Origin: an uncultured candidate division Zixibacteria bacterium
Lineage (GTDB): Bacteria; Zixibacteria; MSB-5A5; GN15; FEB-12
Assembly (NCBI GenBank): GCA_963806185.1
Contig: CAWDXE010000001.1
Location: 800,001 to 864,000, forward strand
Length of the DNA: 64,000 nt
Reading direction: 5' to 3'
Part shown: piece after piece, positions 20,268 to 31,309 of the stretch
Layout: every line of letters starts with the position of its first letter
Position numbering within the stretch: the first letter of the stretch is position 1
The notes under the pieces: model-generated
What the model saw: only the letters and a program-made list of their open reading frames with translations
Database searches by the model: none
What the model was told of the DNA's origin: nothing
Program-made: the position numbers and the translations under genes

Positions 20268-20977
20268 GTGACCGACTTGTGAAGATGAATCAACTCGCGC
20301 GCGTTCAGTTTCTCGAACGGCAGCGACTGAAGGTTGGACAGTTGCATGCTCCCGTCGGCCAGCTGGACGACCCGCACCTGCGCCAGCGGCACGCGGTACA
20401 AACGCCAGATCGTTTCGGCCAGCGGACGGAACGGCGCCGGAATGCACCAGCCGAGAATCGACCGGAAATAGAGGATCTTCGCCCCCTCCGGCAGTTCCTG
20501 ACAACAGATGGCATAGGTGTTATTGCGCGTCATCGACTTTGCCACGCGCGACTGCGCCCCGGGCTTGAGCACGATACTCTGACGGGTCATAAACGGATTG
20601 AGCGAATCGACAATCACCGGCGGCTCGAAATACCCGTTGGTGATATAGAAATCAGGGACCGCCAACCCTGCCCGTTTCGCCTTTTCAAGCATCAGCGGCA
20701 CTACCGTGGCGTCCAGAATCTCTTTGCAGTTAGGCGCGATGGGCCGGTCGCTCGATTCATAGTCTTGCGACATATAGTACGCTGACCCCAGATAGTAGTA
20801 GTCGCCGCGGAGATTGACGTACGTTCCATCGGCGTCGAAATAGGCTATGTAGTGGTTTTCCAGAGCCAACTGATGGCTGGCGTGGCGGTGGCCGCCCTTA
20901 AGCTGTCGGGGTGCGTTGGGAATATACAAGCCGCCGGTCCGTGCCGCGTCGGTATACGGAGCCGGAGGCATAGGCAT
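20255..20977 (-). CDS. Stand-alone RLAN (RimK-like ATP-grasp N-terminal) domain protein
   Basis: VNL.GDY.YLG.AYY.S pattern, then a truncated ATP-grasp-like segment; overlaps the ligase start; start codon uncertain. Confidence 0.75.
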   Translation of the reverse strand: MPMPPAPYTDAARTGGLYIPNAPRQLKGGHRHASHQLALENHYIAYFDADGTYVNLRGDYYYLGSAYYMSQDYESSDRPIAPNCKEILDATVVPLMLEKAKRAGLAVPDFYITNGYFEPPVIVDSLNPFMTRQSIVLKPGAQSRVAKSMTRNNTYAICCQELPEGAKILYFRSILGWCIPAPFRPLAETIWRLYRVPLAQVRVVQLADGSMQLSNLQSLPFEKLNARELIHLHKSVTWQL

Positions 20978-21163
20978 CGGTAACTCGTCCGATGCGCTGT
21001 CGTCCCGGGTTTCTCGTCGCAGCGACGTTTCGCCGCCGGACATATGGGATGTGTTATGCGTACTCACAAAATCTTTCCGCGCAATTAATCGGTTCAATGC
21101 GGTCTGTCAAGGCAAAGGTGCCCAAACTTCACACTTCTTCATATTTTAGATGGATTTGGCCGA

Positions 21164-21931
21164 TTAGTTCCGGCTATCTGACACGAGCAGTGTCGGCAGG
21201 CCGACCGTTATGGCATGGTAGAGGGTCAGCGCTTCTTCGGGCGGCATCACCAGCGTCAGCACCGGGTCGCCAAACGGACGGCTCAGCGTCTGACTCAAAT
21301 TCATTAGCTTATTCTTCACCGCGTCCTTTTCCTCCCCCTGGACACTGGTGCGAATCTCCAGAATCGGCCCGTCCTGCCACTGAAGCTGGAACCGCTCCGG
21401 AATCTCTCGCTGTAGAAGATCGGGCGACACCTTCACCACTTCGCCCACGATCTTCAGCACTGAATCCGGCGTCTTCTTCGCCGACGCAAACAGGTACTTA
21501 CGCGAAACCGGTCGGACCAGCGTGTAATCGTCCCCCAGGAAAGCGTCGACAAAATCGCCCGGATCCGGCTTCTCGATCGAATCCGGAACCAGCGGTGCGT
21601 TGAAGATTACCGCCCCCTTAAGCATCAGACGAACCTGCTTCCGGATCACATTGATTTCCAGGTACGGCTTTTCCGATTGTGCCAGTTTGAGCTCGTGCTG
21701 CAGGAACCGATATTCTGTTGCAGCCGACTTCTCGTCAAACGGCTGATTATCCTGCTTGGCGGCGTTCTTGTTGGCTTTGGTTGGCTTGGCGGACTTCACC
21801 GCGGGCGCCGGCTCAGTTTTCGGACTGGCTTCAGAGTTGTCCGAACCGCACGACAGCCCGGCGGTCATTACGGCCACTGCCATACCGAGCAACAGCAGAT
21901 GCTTTGTCCGGATGATCCGGTCAGAATACAT
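21164..21931 (-). CDS. Lipoprotein with degenerate L,D-transpeptidase-like domain
   Basis: LSC lipobox; PYLEIN...VRL; C-terminal M..EEA..LY..I.VG.P.LL without catalytic His/Cys. Confidence 0.6.
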   Translation of the reverse strand: MYSDRIIRTKHLLLLGMAVAVMTAGLSCGSDNSEASPKTEPAPAVKSAKPTKANKNAAKQDNQPFDEKSAATEYRFLQHELKLAQSEKPYLEINVIRKQVRLMLKGAVIFNAPLVPDSIEKPDPGDFVDAFLGDDYTLVRPVSRKYLFASAKKTPDSVLKIVGEVVKVSPDLLQREIPERFQLQWQDGPILEIRTSVQGEEKDAVKNKLMNLSQTLSRPFGDPVLTLVMPPEEALTLYHAITVGLPTLLVSDSRN

Positions 21932-22565
21932 AGACAGGCGTTCCGATCGGCACTTTTTTGTACAGTCGATCCAAATCTTCTGCACCCATGCGCACACAGC
22001 CGTGAGTGACATTGATTCCCAGCAAGCGCTCGTAGATAGTCCCATGAATGAAGTAACCGTCACCAAAACCCATGGCATAGTCGCCCATCATGTTGCCGTC
22101 GAGTCGCTCCTTGTCATTCTTCGGTATCGTCTCGCCCTCCTCGATGAACGCCCAGTCCGGTTTACGCCACCAGGGATCGGCTATCTTGCTGGATATTTTG
22201 AATACGCCATGCGGCGTCATAAATGACCATTTCCGCCCCGACGCACTGTCGATCAATTCGCCCCCCGATCCGGCTGAGCACTGGCCGACCAGGAGAACCG
22301 AGTCTTCCGTGCGCAAGTACACTTTGTTGGCGTGGGTGTTGATCACGATATACGGCTGCTTCGGTAGCAACTTGTCGTACGTCTTCCTGGCGTTCTTCAG
22401 TTCCTTCTGCGCCGTTGTCCGATCTGCAGGCAGCGTCACGCTCGCCGGAATGAGGTCCGGAGGCAACGAGACTCTCTCTACCCTGTTGACCTTCACGACA
22501 ATCACCACCAGCGCGATCAGCGCCAGCGCGACCAGCGAGCCGAGAATGATCCAAATCTTCTTCAT
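21921..22565 (-). CDS. L,D-transpeptidase (YkuD)
   Basis: TPHGVF, YFIHGT...THGCVRM, GTPVYVF. Confidence 0.92.
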   Translation of the reverse strand: MKKIWIILGSLVALALIALVVIVVKVNRVERVSLPPDLIPASVTLPADRTTAQKELKNARKTYDKLLPKQPYIVINTHANKVYLRTEDSVLLVGQCSAGSGGELIDSASGRKWSFMTPHGVFKISSKIADPWWRKPDWAFIEEGETIPKNDKERLDGNMMGDYAMGFGDGYFIHGTIYERLLGINVTHGCVRMGAEDLDRLYKKVPIGTPVYVF

Positions 22566-23643
22566 CGTAGTATGGTGGCTTTCCGAACTATGGTCACCGG
22601 CGTGCCCGCCGTGACATAGGTCATCAAATGATCCATATCCTTATTAGTCAGCGCCACACACCCTTCTGTCCAGTCTTTTCCGCGACCGCCATCGCCGTGA
22701 ATTTCAATCAGTCCCCCGATACCGGCACGCTGCGAAATGACTCCCCGCTGCTTATTCTCCCTAAACCGCATCCGGTCGTTTTCGTTCGGGTAGTTAATGA
22801 GCAAAGCTTTATAGTACTTACTGCCGGTCGGCCGAACCTTGGTCACTCGGTACTTCCCCTCCGGCGTCGCCCCGTCACCGGAAGCCAGCTTCTGATCCCC
22901 CGGATTGTGCCCCAGTTCGCAGTCGTACGTCTTGATTCGCTTGCCTGATCGCACTAAATACATCTTGTGCTGCGACTTATCAACGATGACGGCATACGTT
23001 CCGGATGACTGCGACTCGTCCAAAGTCTCCTCAACCCACCGGTTCCAGACCGCAACCTTCTTGTCTTCCTCCTCTCGATAGGCCTCGTGGAGGTCAACCA
23101 TCCGCTGGAGCTGATACTTGCCCTTATTCACCGCGTCGATCGCTTCGTTAAACTCCGCTTTCGCTGCCAGACTCTGACTGATGCGCAAATAGAACTCGGC
23201 TCGACTACAGAGCTGCTCCAGCCGGTTGCGCACCAGTGAACTGTTCATCGGGTCACGTGCGTCTTGATCGCCCGGCGCAATTCATTGGAGCCGGCAAAGT
23301 ACCTCTCGTGAATTCCAGTGACACTGTCGCGCGCCGCCGTCTTGGCCTGGACAGCCGTAGCACTTGCCAGCCGAAGCAGTGAATCAGCTACCCGGTAATC
23401 GCGGAGAAAACCGAGTCGTCCGTTCTGACGGGCGATTTCCATCCACCCGTTCTGCACGAGTTGTTCGGCGGTCCGATACGAACGCTCCGCATAGCGCAAA
23501 GCACCCGCATCAGCCGCCAGCTTGACCTCGTTCTTGGCCGATTCCAGCAGACCGGTCGGCGGATTGTCGCAGCCGGTCAGACCAAAAAAAAGCGCCCCGA
23601 TCAGCGCCAGCCCCACCAGGTTGTGGGCGTGGGTTCTCATCAT
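22562..23643 (-). CDS. Lipoprotein with helical (DUF4398-like) domain and L,D-transpeptidase domain; one frameshift near 23250
   Basis: LTGC lipobox; GDGATPEG.Y, INYPN, IEIHG...WTEGCVAL. Confidence 0.8.
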
Positions 23644-23752
23644 TTCCTTCGTATCCTCTATTCACGTTTTTGGCGCCCTAAAGTGCCACGAGAGCCGGAC
23701 AACTGATCCGGCCCTCGTGCTAAATAATCGGATGTATCGTCGGGGAGTTTAC

Positions 23753-24353
23753 TTACTTCGCCGGCCTTTTTAGCGACAGCGTTGGCAATTTCCGTCTGGA
23801 TGCTGGTCGCCTGTTGCATGACTGCTTCGAGCTTGCCGCGGGCAGACATATACTTGCCACCGTCGTAGTCGGCCTTCGCCTGATCAAAGGCCGACTGGAC
23901 ACCGGCCAGATCGCTCTTGATCAGTTCGATGTCAGCCTTGTTCCCCTTGCCGACTGGGGCCTTGGCTAGCACTTTACCGGTCGAGTCAATCGCCGCCTGA
24001 GCGGTGGTCAGCATTTCCATAACCTGGACGCGAACCTTTTCCTTCTCAGTCTCAGCCTGGCCGGCCGCTGCCTTCGCCAAACCCTCGGCCTGTACGAACA
24101 TCTCTTTCGACTTGCCGTAGCTGCGGAAGAGCGCGAACTTGCCGTCCTGAGTGGTCTTCTCAGCATTCGCCGCGTTCAACGAATCGGTCGCTTTACGCAG
24201 CGCATCGGGAGCATACAGCTCCGCTTCAGCGGTACGGGCGACTTCGATCGCCGCGTTTGCCGCGTTGATTTCAGCTTCCGGGGGTTTGCTGCAGCCGGCA
24301 ATTACTACCAGAAGCGCAAAGACCACAAGAAGTGCTGAAACTCGCTTGGTCAT
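23753..24353 (-). CDS. Ala-rich helical lipoprotein (DUF4398-like)
   Basis: IAGC lipobox, KPPEAEI..A..AI..A...AE.YAP; stop placed at 23753 by assuming a 1-nt insertion (the ORF as given runs to 23658). Confidence 0.75.
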
Positions 24354-24992
24354 TGATGCATTCCTTTCCGCCTGACTCTCATCAGGTCTCTCCTCGGGCT
24401 GGCTCCAGTGAAACACACCCCGCCGCCGTGAGGAATTGTTCCCAGTTAGTTGATTGTCTGTTCTCGTTGCCGCGCCTGGTTGCGCTGCTCGTCCTTTCAC
24501 TATCGCCCAGGAAAGACTACAATTCTCTACGCTGGACATTTTGAAGGCACAAATAATCGGAGTTCTACTTCCTTTGTCAACGCATTTTTTTTATTCTCCA
24601 TTCCGTTCGTGACTCCGCTTGTCCAGAAACACAAATCAGGACTCGCCGGCCCGTAAATTCTCCCCGAAAACGCTACAACACTTTGATCGCCAACGCATTA
24701 GACGGTCACCGAACCACTCGTGCCAACTCTCCAATTTTCTTGAACATGGACACGAAATTCCATTATGCCACCCCGGCGGACATCCGAATAAGCCCTGAAT
24801 CCTCTCCGTTTCGTGAAAAGATGCACAAACACCTTTCGCACCCTGTGCAAAATCGGACACCTCCTACGCTAACGCCGTACTTACCTTCGACGATACAAGT
24901 CCACTAACGGGGACCTCCGGACCTCGTTCGCAGGTCCTCCCACGTGAGGAATGACTACTCTGAGGACCATCTAAAACGTAGGAGGGGGAATC

Positions 24993-26458
24993 ATGCCTAC
25001 CAAGTTCGCGTGCGCCGTATTGGTCGTTGCGTAGTCTCGTCCTGACACCGTGCCTGCCGCCCAGGACTTTCAGAAATTGCTCGAGGCCGTCGACCGCATC
25101 GATCAGAACCTGAGGGCCCTGGTCAACGACGAGGCGGCCACCGCACCAAGGATGTCACGGCTCTGAAGAAGGAAATCACCGGTTAAAGACCGGCGACCCG
25201 ACAGCTTCCGGCAATCATTGCCCGATTCCACCTACGCTCTCTGCAGAAGCAGATCGACGATCTGCGGGCGCAATTGGCTGCTGCCTCCGGCACCGGCTCA
25301 GTCTCTGCCGCCGGCGGCGACATCCCGGCAATGGTCACCGAAATCGCCCAACTGAAAGCCGAAACCAAGTACCTGCGGGGCCTGGTCGAACAGAATGCCA
25401 AACAACTGGCGTCACTGGATGACGAGGACGCGATGAGCCTCGGCGCACCGGACGCCAGCCCTCAGTTTGCCGAACTGACCGATCGGATCACCACGCTCAA
25501 TACCAACGTCGAAAAGTACATCAGCGACCGGAAGAGCGAGAACAAGAATCGCCCGACGGTGAACAAAGGCGACGTTGTGTTCAGCGGCCTGCTCCACCAG
25601 CAGTTTTATACGTCGCAGGATCAGACCCAGCGCTCGACCTTCGACACCAAGCGTTGCCGTTTCGGCGCCAAGGGAACAGTCAACCAGTACGCCAAAGTCG
25701 AGATCGTCGGAGAATTCGCCCGTAGCGTCAAATTGCTCGAAGGGTATTTGAGCTTGTCGCCGAGTTCGCGCTGGACCCTGACCGTCGGTCAGACCCGCCC
25801 GACCTTCGGCACTGACTTCAACCGCGCCGCGGCCAACATGATGTTCGTGACTACCGCGTTGTCCACCGCTCTCGGCTCCGACCGCGATATCGGCGCCTCG
25901 GTAAGCTACGCGGCTCCGGCCGCGCCGGACGTCAACATTATCGCCAGCACAGGCGTCTGGAATGGTTCAGGTATCAACGCTGCTGACAAGAACAGCGACA
26001 AGAATATCGTGTCACGCTTCGAAATCCAGGCCAAGAAGACCTGGACTGTTGCTGCTAACACGATCTTCGGCCAGACTAACGACACCGGCATGGCTCGCCA
26101 GACGATTAAGACGTACGGCGGCTCGATCAACTGGACAAAGGGCATGAATACGCTCGAAGGTGAGTACATCTTCTCGAAAGTCGGCTCGACCGAGAAGCAG
26201 GGATGGTATCTCTGGGGTGGCCACACCTTCGTGACCAAATCAAAGGTAGTACCCGAGGTTCAGCCGATGTTTCGCTATGAGCAGTACGATAAGGACGTTA
26301 ACGTGCCTTCCAATCGTGTCGATCGCATCACGCTGGGCACGAATCTGTATATTGACAAGAAGTTCACCAAGATTCAGTTGAACTATCAGTTGATCAATGA
26401 ACAGGGCACGGAAACCAACAACGACGAGTTCCTCGTCAATTTGCAGGTAGCGTTCTAA
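24993..26458 (+). CDS. Outer-membrane porin (OprO/OprP-like) with N-terminal coiled coil; 5' frameshifts
   Basis: GGAGG RBS, signal-like start, KRCRFG.KG, RDIG, terminal LQVAF beta-signal. Confidence 0.75.
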
Positions 26459-26483
26459 AAGCGAACGAATACTGATGTTTTAA

Positions 26484-27090
26484 TGACCGGCGTACGTCTC
26501 GTGCGCCGGCCATCTTATATTCCCCACATCATCACCAGGATAGTCATGCTGAAGCCGCTTCTTAGCGCGCTTCAGCATCTCGATGTGCACCAAATCGTCA
26601 TACAGGTCATCGCGAGGCTCGCTTCGAGCCGTGGCGATCCTTCAGCTCTCTTTGTAGGTCGAAACCCTTGTGGTTTCGACCTGGGACAGAGCAATTCCCA
26701 AAGTCGACTCGACTCGCACTGAGCCTTCCCTTCATCGCACTGAACCCTTCAGGGAGAGGGGGCAGGGGTGAGGGCCAGTGGAGAGCGTGACTTTGTTGTG
26801 TCGGGCACAGAGGAGGGTAGGTCAAAACCCCTGTGGTTTTGACAGTGAGGATCAGAAATGTCATTCAATGGCTGGCGTACGTCTCGTGCGCCAGCCGCAT
26901 TTTGTGCTTTCTGTCCCCAAATCTGACTGTGCAGTGACTTGAAGTAGGGCAGCATCGATGCCCGTCGCAGACGGGCGGATGCTGCCGAGGTGGTCCCTGT
27001 ATGCCGGACGGCAGCACCCGCTCGAAGACTCGCATCGGTGCTGCCCTACATGCCGGCTGTCGTAGGTCAGGGGCCTTGCGCCCCTGACGA
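26484..27090 (+). repeat. Mosaic palindromic repeat cluster 3 (between convergent porin and aqpZ)
   Basis: About ten hairpin elements of at least six families, including the REP doublet at 26944-27049. Confidence 0.9.
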
Positions 27091-27119
27091 ACTCCTCTAG
27101 ATCGTCACTCGTCGAGTAT

Positions 27120-27812
27120 TCACTTCCCCGACGCCGGCTTCCCTTCAAATAGCGGCTTCCATACCAGTGCCGCGATTACCCCGCCAATTATCGGCGCCAC
27201 AATAAACAGCCAGACCTGCGCCAACGCATCACCACCGACCAGCAACGCCGGGCCGATACTCCGCGCCGGGTTGACCGATGTACCGGTGATCGGGATACCT
27301 ACCAGGTGAATGAACACCAGCGTCAGACCAATTGACACGCCCGCAAACCCCTTGGGGGCGTCTTTGTGGGTGGCGCCAAAGATGGCGAAGAGAAACAGGA
27401 AAGTCAGAACGACCTCGGCCACAAAACAGGCCAGCATGGAATACCCATCCGGCGAATGCAGCCCGTACCCGTTCTGACCGAGTCCGCCGATATCGACGGA
27501 GTACCCTGCTTTTCCCATGGCGATAAACATGAGCACGGACGCGGCGACAATCGCGCCCACACACTGGGCGACGATATACCCGATCGCATCCTTACCGCTG
27601 ATCTTACCGGCGGTCAGCATCGCCACGGTAATCGCCGGATTTATGTGACAACCGGAAATCGGCCCGATGGCGTAGACCATCGCCAACACCGCTAGTCCAA
27701 AGGCCATCGAGATGCCCACAAATCCGATGTGCGCGCCGGCAATGGCGGCGCTTCCACACCCGATCAATACAAGGGCAAAGGTTCCGATTAGTTCTGCCAG
27801 ATACTTTTTCAT
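27120..27812 (-). CDS. aqpZ: Aquaporin Z
   Basis: AELIGTF, SGCHINPA and TSVNPARS (two NPA motifs). Confidence 0.95.
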   Translation of the reverse strand: MKKYLAELIGTFALVLIGCGSAAIAGAHIGFVGISMAFGLAVLAMVYAIGPISGCHINPAITVAMLTAGKISGKDAIGYIVAQCVGAIVAASVLMFIAMGKAGYSVDIGGLGQNGYGLHSPDGYSMLACFVAEVVLTFLFLFAIFGATHKDAPKGFAGVSIGLTLVFIHLVGIPITGTSVNPARSIGPALLVGGDALAQVWLFIVAPIIGGVIAALVWKPLFEGKPASGK

Positions 27813-27985
27813 GGCACTCCTCATTTGGAACGGTTCAGCTATGCGAAAGCATCAAACCCCGGATCCCGGGACCCTCATAATAGACAATTGACCGCTTAGC
27901 CGGGCAAGATAAAAAGGAGAAGTCTTTGTCATTCCGGACCGAAGGTCCGGAATCCATGGGGTCAACCCTGACGGCGAACGAAGAC

Positions 27986-28175
27986 ATGCGTGGCGTATGT
28001 CCCGTGCGCCAGTGCCCCCTCGTCATCCTGAATCATTCCCCCCTTCATCATCCTGAATCATTCCCATGATTCAGGATCTCGTTGTCCACCGTCCTCTCGA
28101 TCCTGTCATTGCGCCGCTCGCTTCCCGCCCCCAAGTCATTGCGAGGCTCGCTTCTTAGCGAGCCGTGGCAATCTC
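27986..28175 (+). repeat. Mosaic palindromic repeat cluster 4
   Basis: GCGTGGCGTA element, stuttered GTCATCCTGAA, TGTCCACCG linker, stuttered GTCATTGCGAGG. Confidence 0.85.
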
Positions 28176-28261
28176 AAATCACCCGACGTCATTCCGCCCT
28201 TCCCCATAGCACAACTTCGGCGTGAGCAGGACAACACGATCGGTACATACTAGCGCGGCAC

Positions 28262-28726
28262 TCATCGATAAATAATGACCCGCGTCCTCGCTGCTCGATC
28301 GCCGAACCGCGCCCTTTCGGCGGATGTGAGAATGAGTATTACGCCGAGGATGTTCAACGCGGGGAGCGCGTCGACGAAACGCAGGAGATTTCTCACCAGC
28401 GCCGCCGGCAGTCCGGGACGACGGCCATCGAGTCCCACCACCCGAAGACCCAGCACCCGCTTCCCGATAGTAGCGCCAAACATCCCCTCCGCCAGTACGA
28501 AATACAGCACCATCACAACCAGGAATATCACGCACAACGGATCGGTCACCATCCACCATCCGTGGGTCCACTCATGCTCCGAGCGGCTCATGATCCAGAC
28601 CCCTTTTACTACTCTGGTAACAGGGAAGAAGACAAGACACAAGACGAAGAGATCAACAGCGAGAGCCGCGAAACGACGCCCGAGGCCGCCATATGTGAAT
28701 GTTGCTGCTTGAGCTGGCAATCTCAT
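28262..28726 (-). CDS. RDD-family membrane protein
   Basis: RRFAALAVD, GATIGKRVLGLRVV, RFGDRAARTRV. Confidence 0.88.
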   Translation of the reverse strand: MRLPAQAATFTYGGLGRRFAALAVDLFVLCLVFFPVTRVVKGVWIMSRSEHEWTHGWWMVTDPLCVIFLVVMVLYFVLAEGMFGATIGKRVLGLRVVGLDGRRPGLPAALVRNLLRFVDALPALNILGVILILTSAERARFGDRAARTRVIIYR

Positions 28727-28792
28727 ACGCCATCCTCACCCCCAATTGATTCAAGATAGAGTAGTTCAACAACTCGAACAACTACCCACCTC

Positions 28793-29298
28793 GTAGGTCA
28801 GGATCCCCGCTTCTTAGCGGGTGATCCTGACGTTCTGTTCTGGGCTGAGCGAGGTCGAAGTGCGACGATCGCCCACAAACCCCTCGTCACAGTCATTGCG
28901 AGGCGCGTTTCGCGCCGTGGCAATCTTTCAGTTCTCTTCCCCCTCTCCCACTGGGAGAGAGCTGGGGTGAGGGCCGATAGGGACCTCGACATCACACGAC
29001 TCTCACAAAGACAAAGACGTCGCACTGAGCGAAGTCGAAGTGCGACGATCACCCACAAACCCCTCGTTACGGTCATTGCGAGGCGCGCTTCGCGCCGTGG
29101 CAATCTTTCAGTTCTCTTCTCTTCCCCCTCTCCCTCTGAGAGAGGGCTGGGGTGAGGGCTGCTTGGGACCTCGACATCACACGGCTCTCACAAAGACAAA
29201 AACGTCGCACTGAGCGAAGTCGAAGTGCGATTGTGCGGGCCCCCCGTGCATGTTCCGTCAAGTCCTGCGACGCTTCTTAGCGGCGTGTGACCGGACGG
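28793..29298 (+). repeat. Mosaic palindromic repeat cluster 5 with ~180-bp tandem duplication
   Basis: CTGAGCGA(G/A)GTCGAAGTGCG recurs at 28845, 29025 and 29210; intervening sequence nearly identical. Confidence 0.9.
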
Positions 29299-29588
29299 TT
29301 ACCCGGACTCTGGGTCGCACCCCCTCGCGCATTGCACCACGGCAATTGGCCGGTGCGGCGCCACACACTACTAATGCCTGAAACTCCGGCCTGCTATCCA
29401 ACGTTGAATAGATAGATATCCGTTAACGATAGAGCGCGTGCAAACCTCTTATCAGGATGTCTGGGTGAGCGAGGGATTGCTCGCCCGCCTATTCTCAGCG
29501 TTGTCGGGCCACACCACCTGACAACTTTTGAAATAGAAGACGCGGCGCCCGAGCATCACTGTTCCGGCGCCGCGTATATTTTTGAGTC

Positions 29589-30992
29589 TTACTTCTTCGC
29601 CCCGCGATTGGGATACGTCATCTCTTCCGGCCGTACTTTCTGGTCGAATTCCTCGGCCGTCAACAGCCCCAGCGACACGGCCGCTTCCTTGAGCGTGATG
29701 TGCTCTTTGTGCGCCTTCTTCGCCACCTTGGCCGCATTGTCATATCCGATATACGGATTGAGCGCTGTCACCAGCATCAGCGAACTCTCCAGATGCTTTG
29801 TGATCACCCGCATATTCGGTTCAATCCCCACGGCGCAATGCTCGTTGAACATCTCACATGAATCCGCCAGCAGGCGAATCGACTGAAGCACATTGTGGAT
29901 GATGAGTGGCTTAAATACGTTGAGTTCAAAGTTCCCTGAGGCCCCGCCAATATTCACCGCTACATCATTACCCAGTACCTGCGCGCAGGCCATCGTCATG
30001 GCCTCCGGCTGAGTGGGGTTCACCTTGCCTGGCATGATCGATGACCCCGGCTCATTCTCCGGAATCGTAATCTCACCGATACCGCACCGCGGCCCCGACG
30101 CAAGCCAGCGAATGTCATTGGCAATCTTGAAGAATGATACCGCCAGCGTCTTGAGCTGGCCATGGCACTCCACCAGCGCATCATGCGTCGCCAACGCCTC
30201 AAATTTGTTCGGCGCCGTCACGAACGGCTTGCCTGTCTCTTTGGCGATCGCCGCCGCCACTCTCACCGCAAACTCCGGGTGCGTATTCAACCCGGTCCCG
30301 ACCGCCGTGCCGCCGATCGCCAGCGGATAGAGCCGCTTGAGTGCGTCGTGTAACCGCTCAAGCCCGTTGGTCAGCGCCTGCACATACCCCGAAATTTCCT
30401 GCCCCAACGTCAGCGGTGTCGCATCCATCAGGTGCGTCCGCCCCATCTTAATGATACTGTCAAACTCCTCGGACTTTTTCGCCAGCGTGTCGCGAAGCTG
30501 TGTCACCATCGGAATCAGGCGACGATGTATCTCCTCTACCGTGGCTATGTGCATGGCGGTCGGAAAGGTGTCGTTCGACGACTGTGCCTTGTTGACGTCG
30601 TCATTCGGATGGATCGGCTTCTTGGAACCCATCACGCCACCAGCCAACTCGATTGCCCGATTGGAAATGACCTCGTTGGCGTTCATGTTGGTCTGGGTCC
30701 CCGAACCGGTCTGCCAGATTACCAGCGGAAAGTGCTCGTCCAGTTTCCCCGAAACCACTTCCTCCGCCGCTCTTACGATCAGATCGCCTTTCTCCTTCGG
30801 CAGAATTCCCAGTTCCACATTGACGATGGCCGAAGCTTTCTTCAGAATACCCAGCGCCCGAATCAACTCACGAGGCATCCGCTCACCGCTGATCCGGAAA
30901 TGGAACAGCGAGCGAGCTGTCTGGGCGCCGTAATATTTGTCAGTAGGTACTTGTATCTCCCCCATCGAATCCGTCTCGGTACGATAGGACAT
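29589..30992 (-). CDS. fumC: Class II fumarate hydratase
   Basis: [31 protein letters not shown]. Confidence 0.97.
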   Translation of the reverse strand: MSYRTETDSMGEIQVPTDKYYGAQTARSLFHFRISGERMPRELIRALGILKKASAIVNVELGILPKEKGDLIVRAAEEVVSGKLDEHFPLVIWQTGSGTQTNMNANEVISNRAIELAGGVMGSKKPIHPNDDVNKAQSSNDTFPTAMHIATVEEIHRRLIPMVTQLRDTLAKKSEEFDSIIKMGRTHLMDATPLTLGQEISGYVQALTNGLERLHDALKRLYPLAIGGTAVGTGLNTHPEFAVRVAAAIAKETGKPFVTAPNKFEALATHDALVECHGQLKTLAVSFFKIANDIRWLASGPRCGIGEITIPENEPGSSIMPGKVNPTQPEAMTMACAQVLGNDVAVNIGGASGNFELNVFKPLIIHNVLQSIRLLADSCEMFNEHCAVGIEPNMRVITKHLESSLMLVTALNPYIGYDNAAKVAKKAHKEHITLKEAAVSLGLLTAEEFDQKVRPEEMTYPNRGAKK

Positions 30993-31038
30993 AGCCGCCT
31001 CCTTCTTGTACAAAACTTCTCAGACCTTCATTGGTCGG

Positions 31039-31066
31039 AATATACTCGTTGCCTGATTAGGAGCAA
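31039..31066 (-). promoter_or_regulatory. Putative fumC promoter
   Basis: TTGCTC-N16-TATATT. Confidence 0.55.
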
Positions 31067-31309
31067 GTCGCGAGGGCTACTGCTTTTCAGTCGCCGGCCC
31101 AGAGTGAGTAGAGTTGAGGAAGAGTCGTTTGGGTCGCCTGATCTTTTTTCAGCAAATTAGGATAGATTCCCTCCCGATCCACCAGTACCGCAAAGCAACG
31201 CTTTGAGTTATCCAATAAGCCGATCGCCGGGACTGACTCAATCTGAGTTCCTCGCGGATCGATAATTCATTCTGTGTGCCGTCGTTTCTCAGCCAAAATG
31301 CAGGCCGGA

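Noticed and set aside
24905..24990. Riboswitch in the porin leader
   Set aside because: Alternative GGACCT/AGGTCC and GTCCTC/GAGGAC pairings exist but match no aptamer I recognise; needs an Rfam search
28798..29261. Short ORFs in repeat mosaics (also 114-414, 41280-42072, 48490-49209, 62360-62757)
   Set aside because: Translations of palindromic repeats
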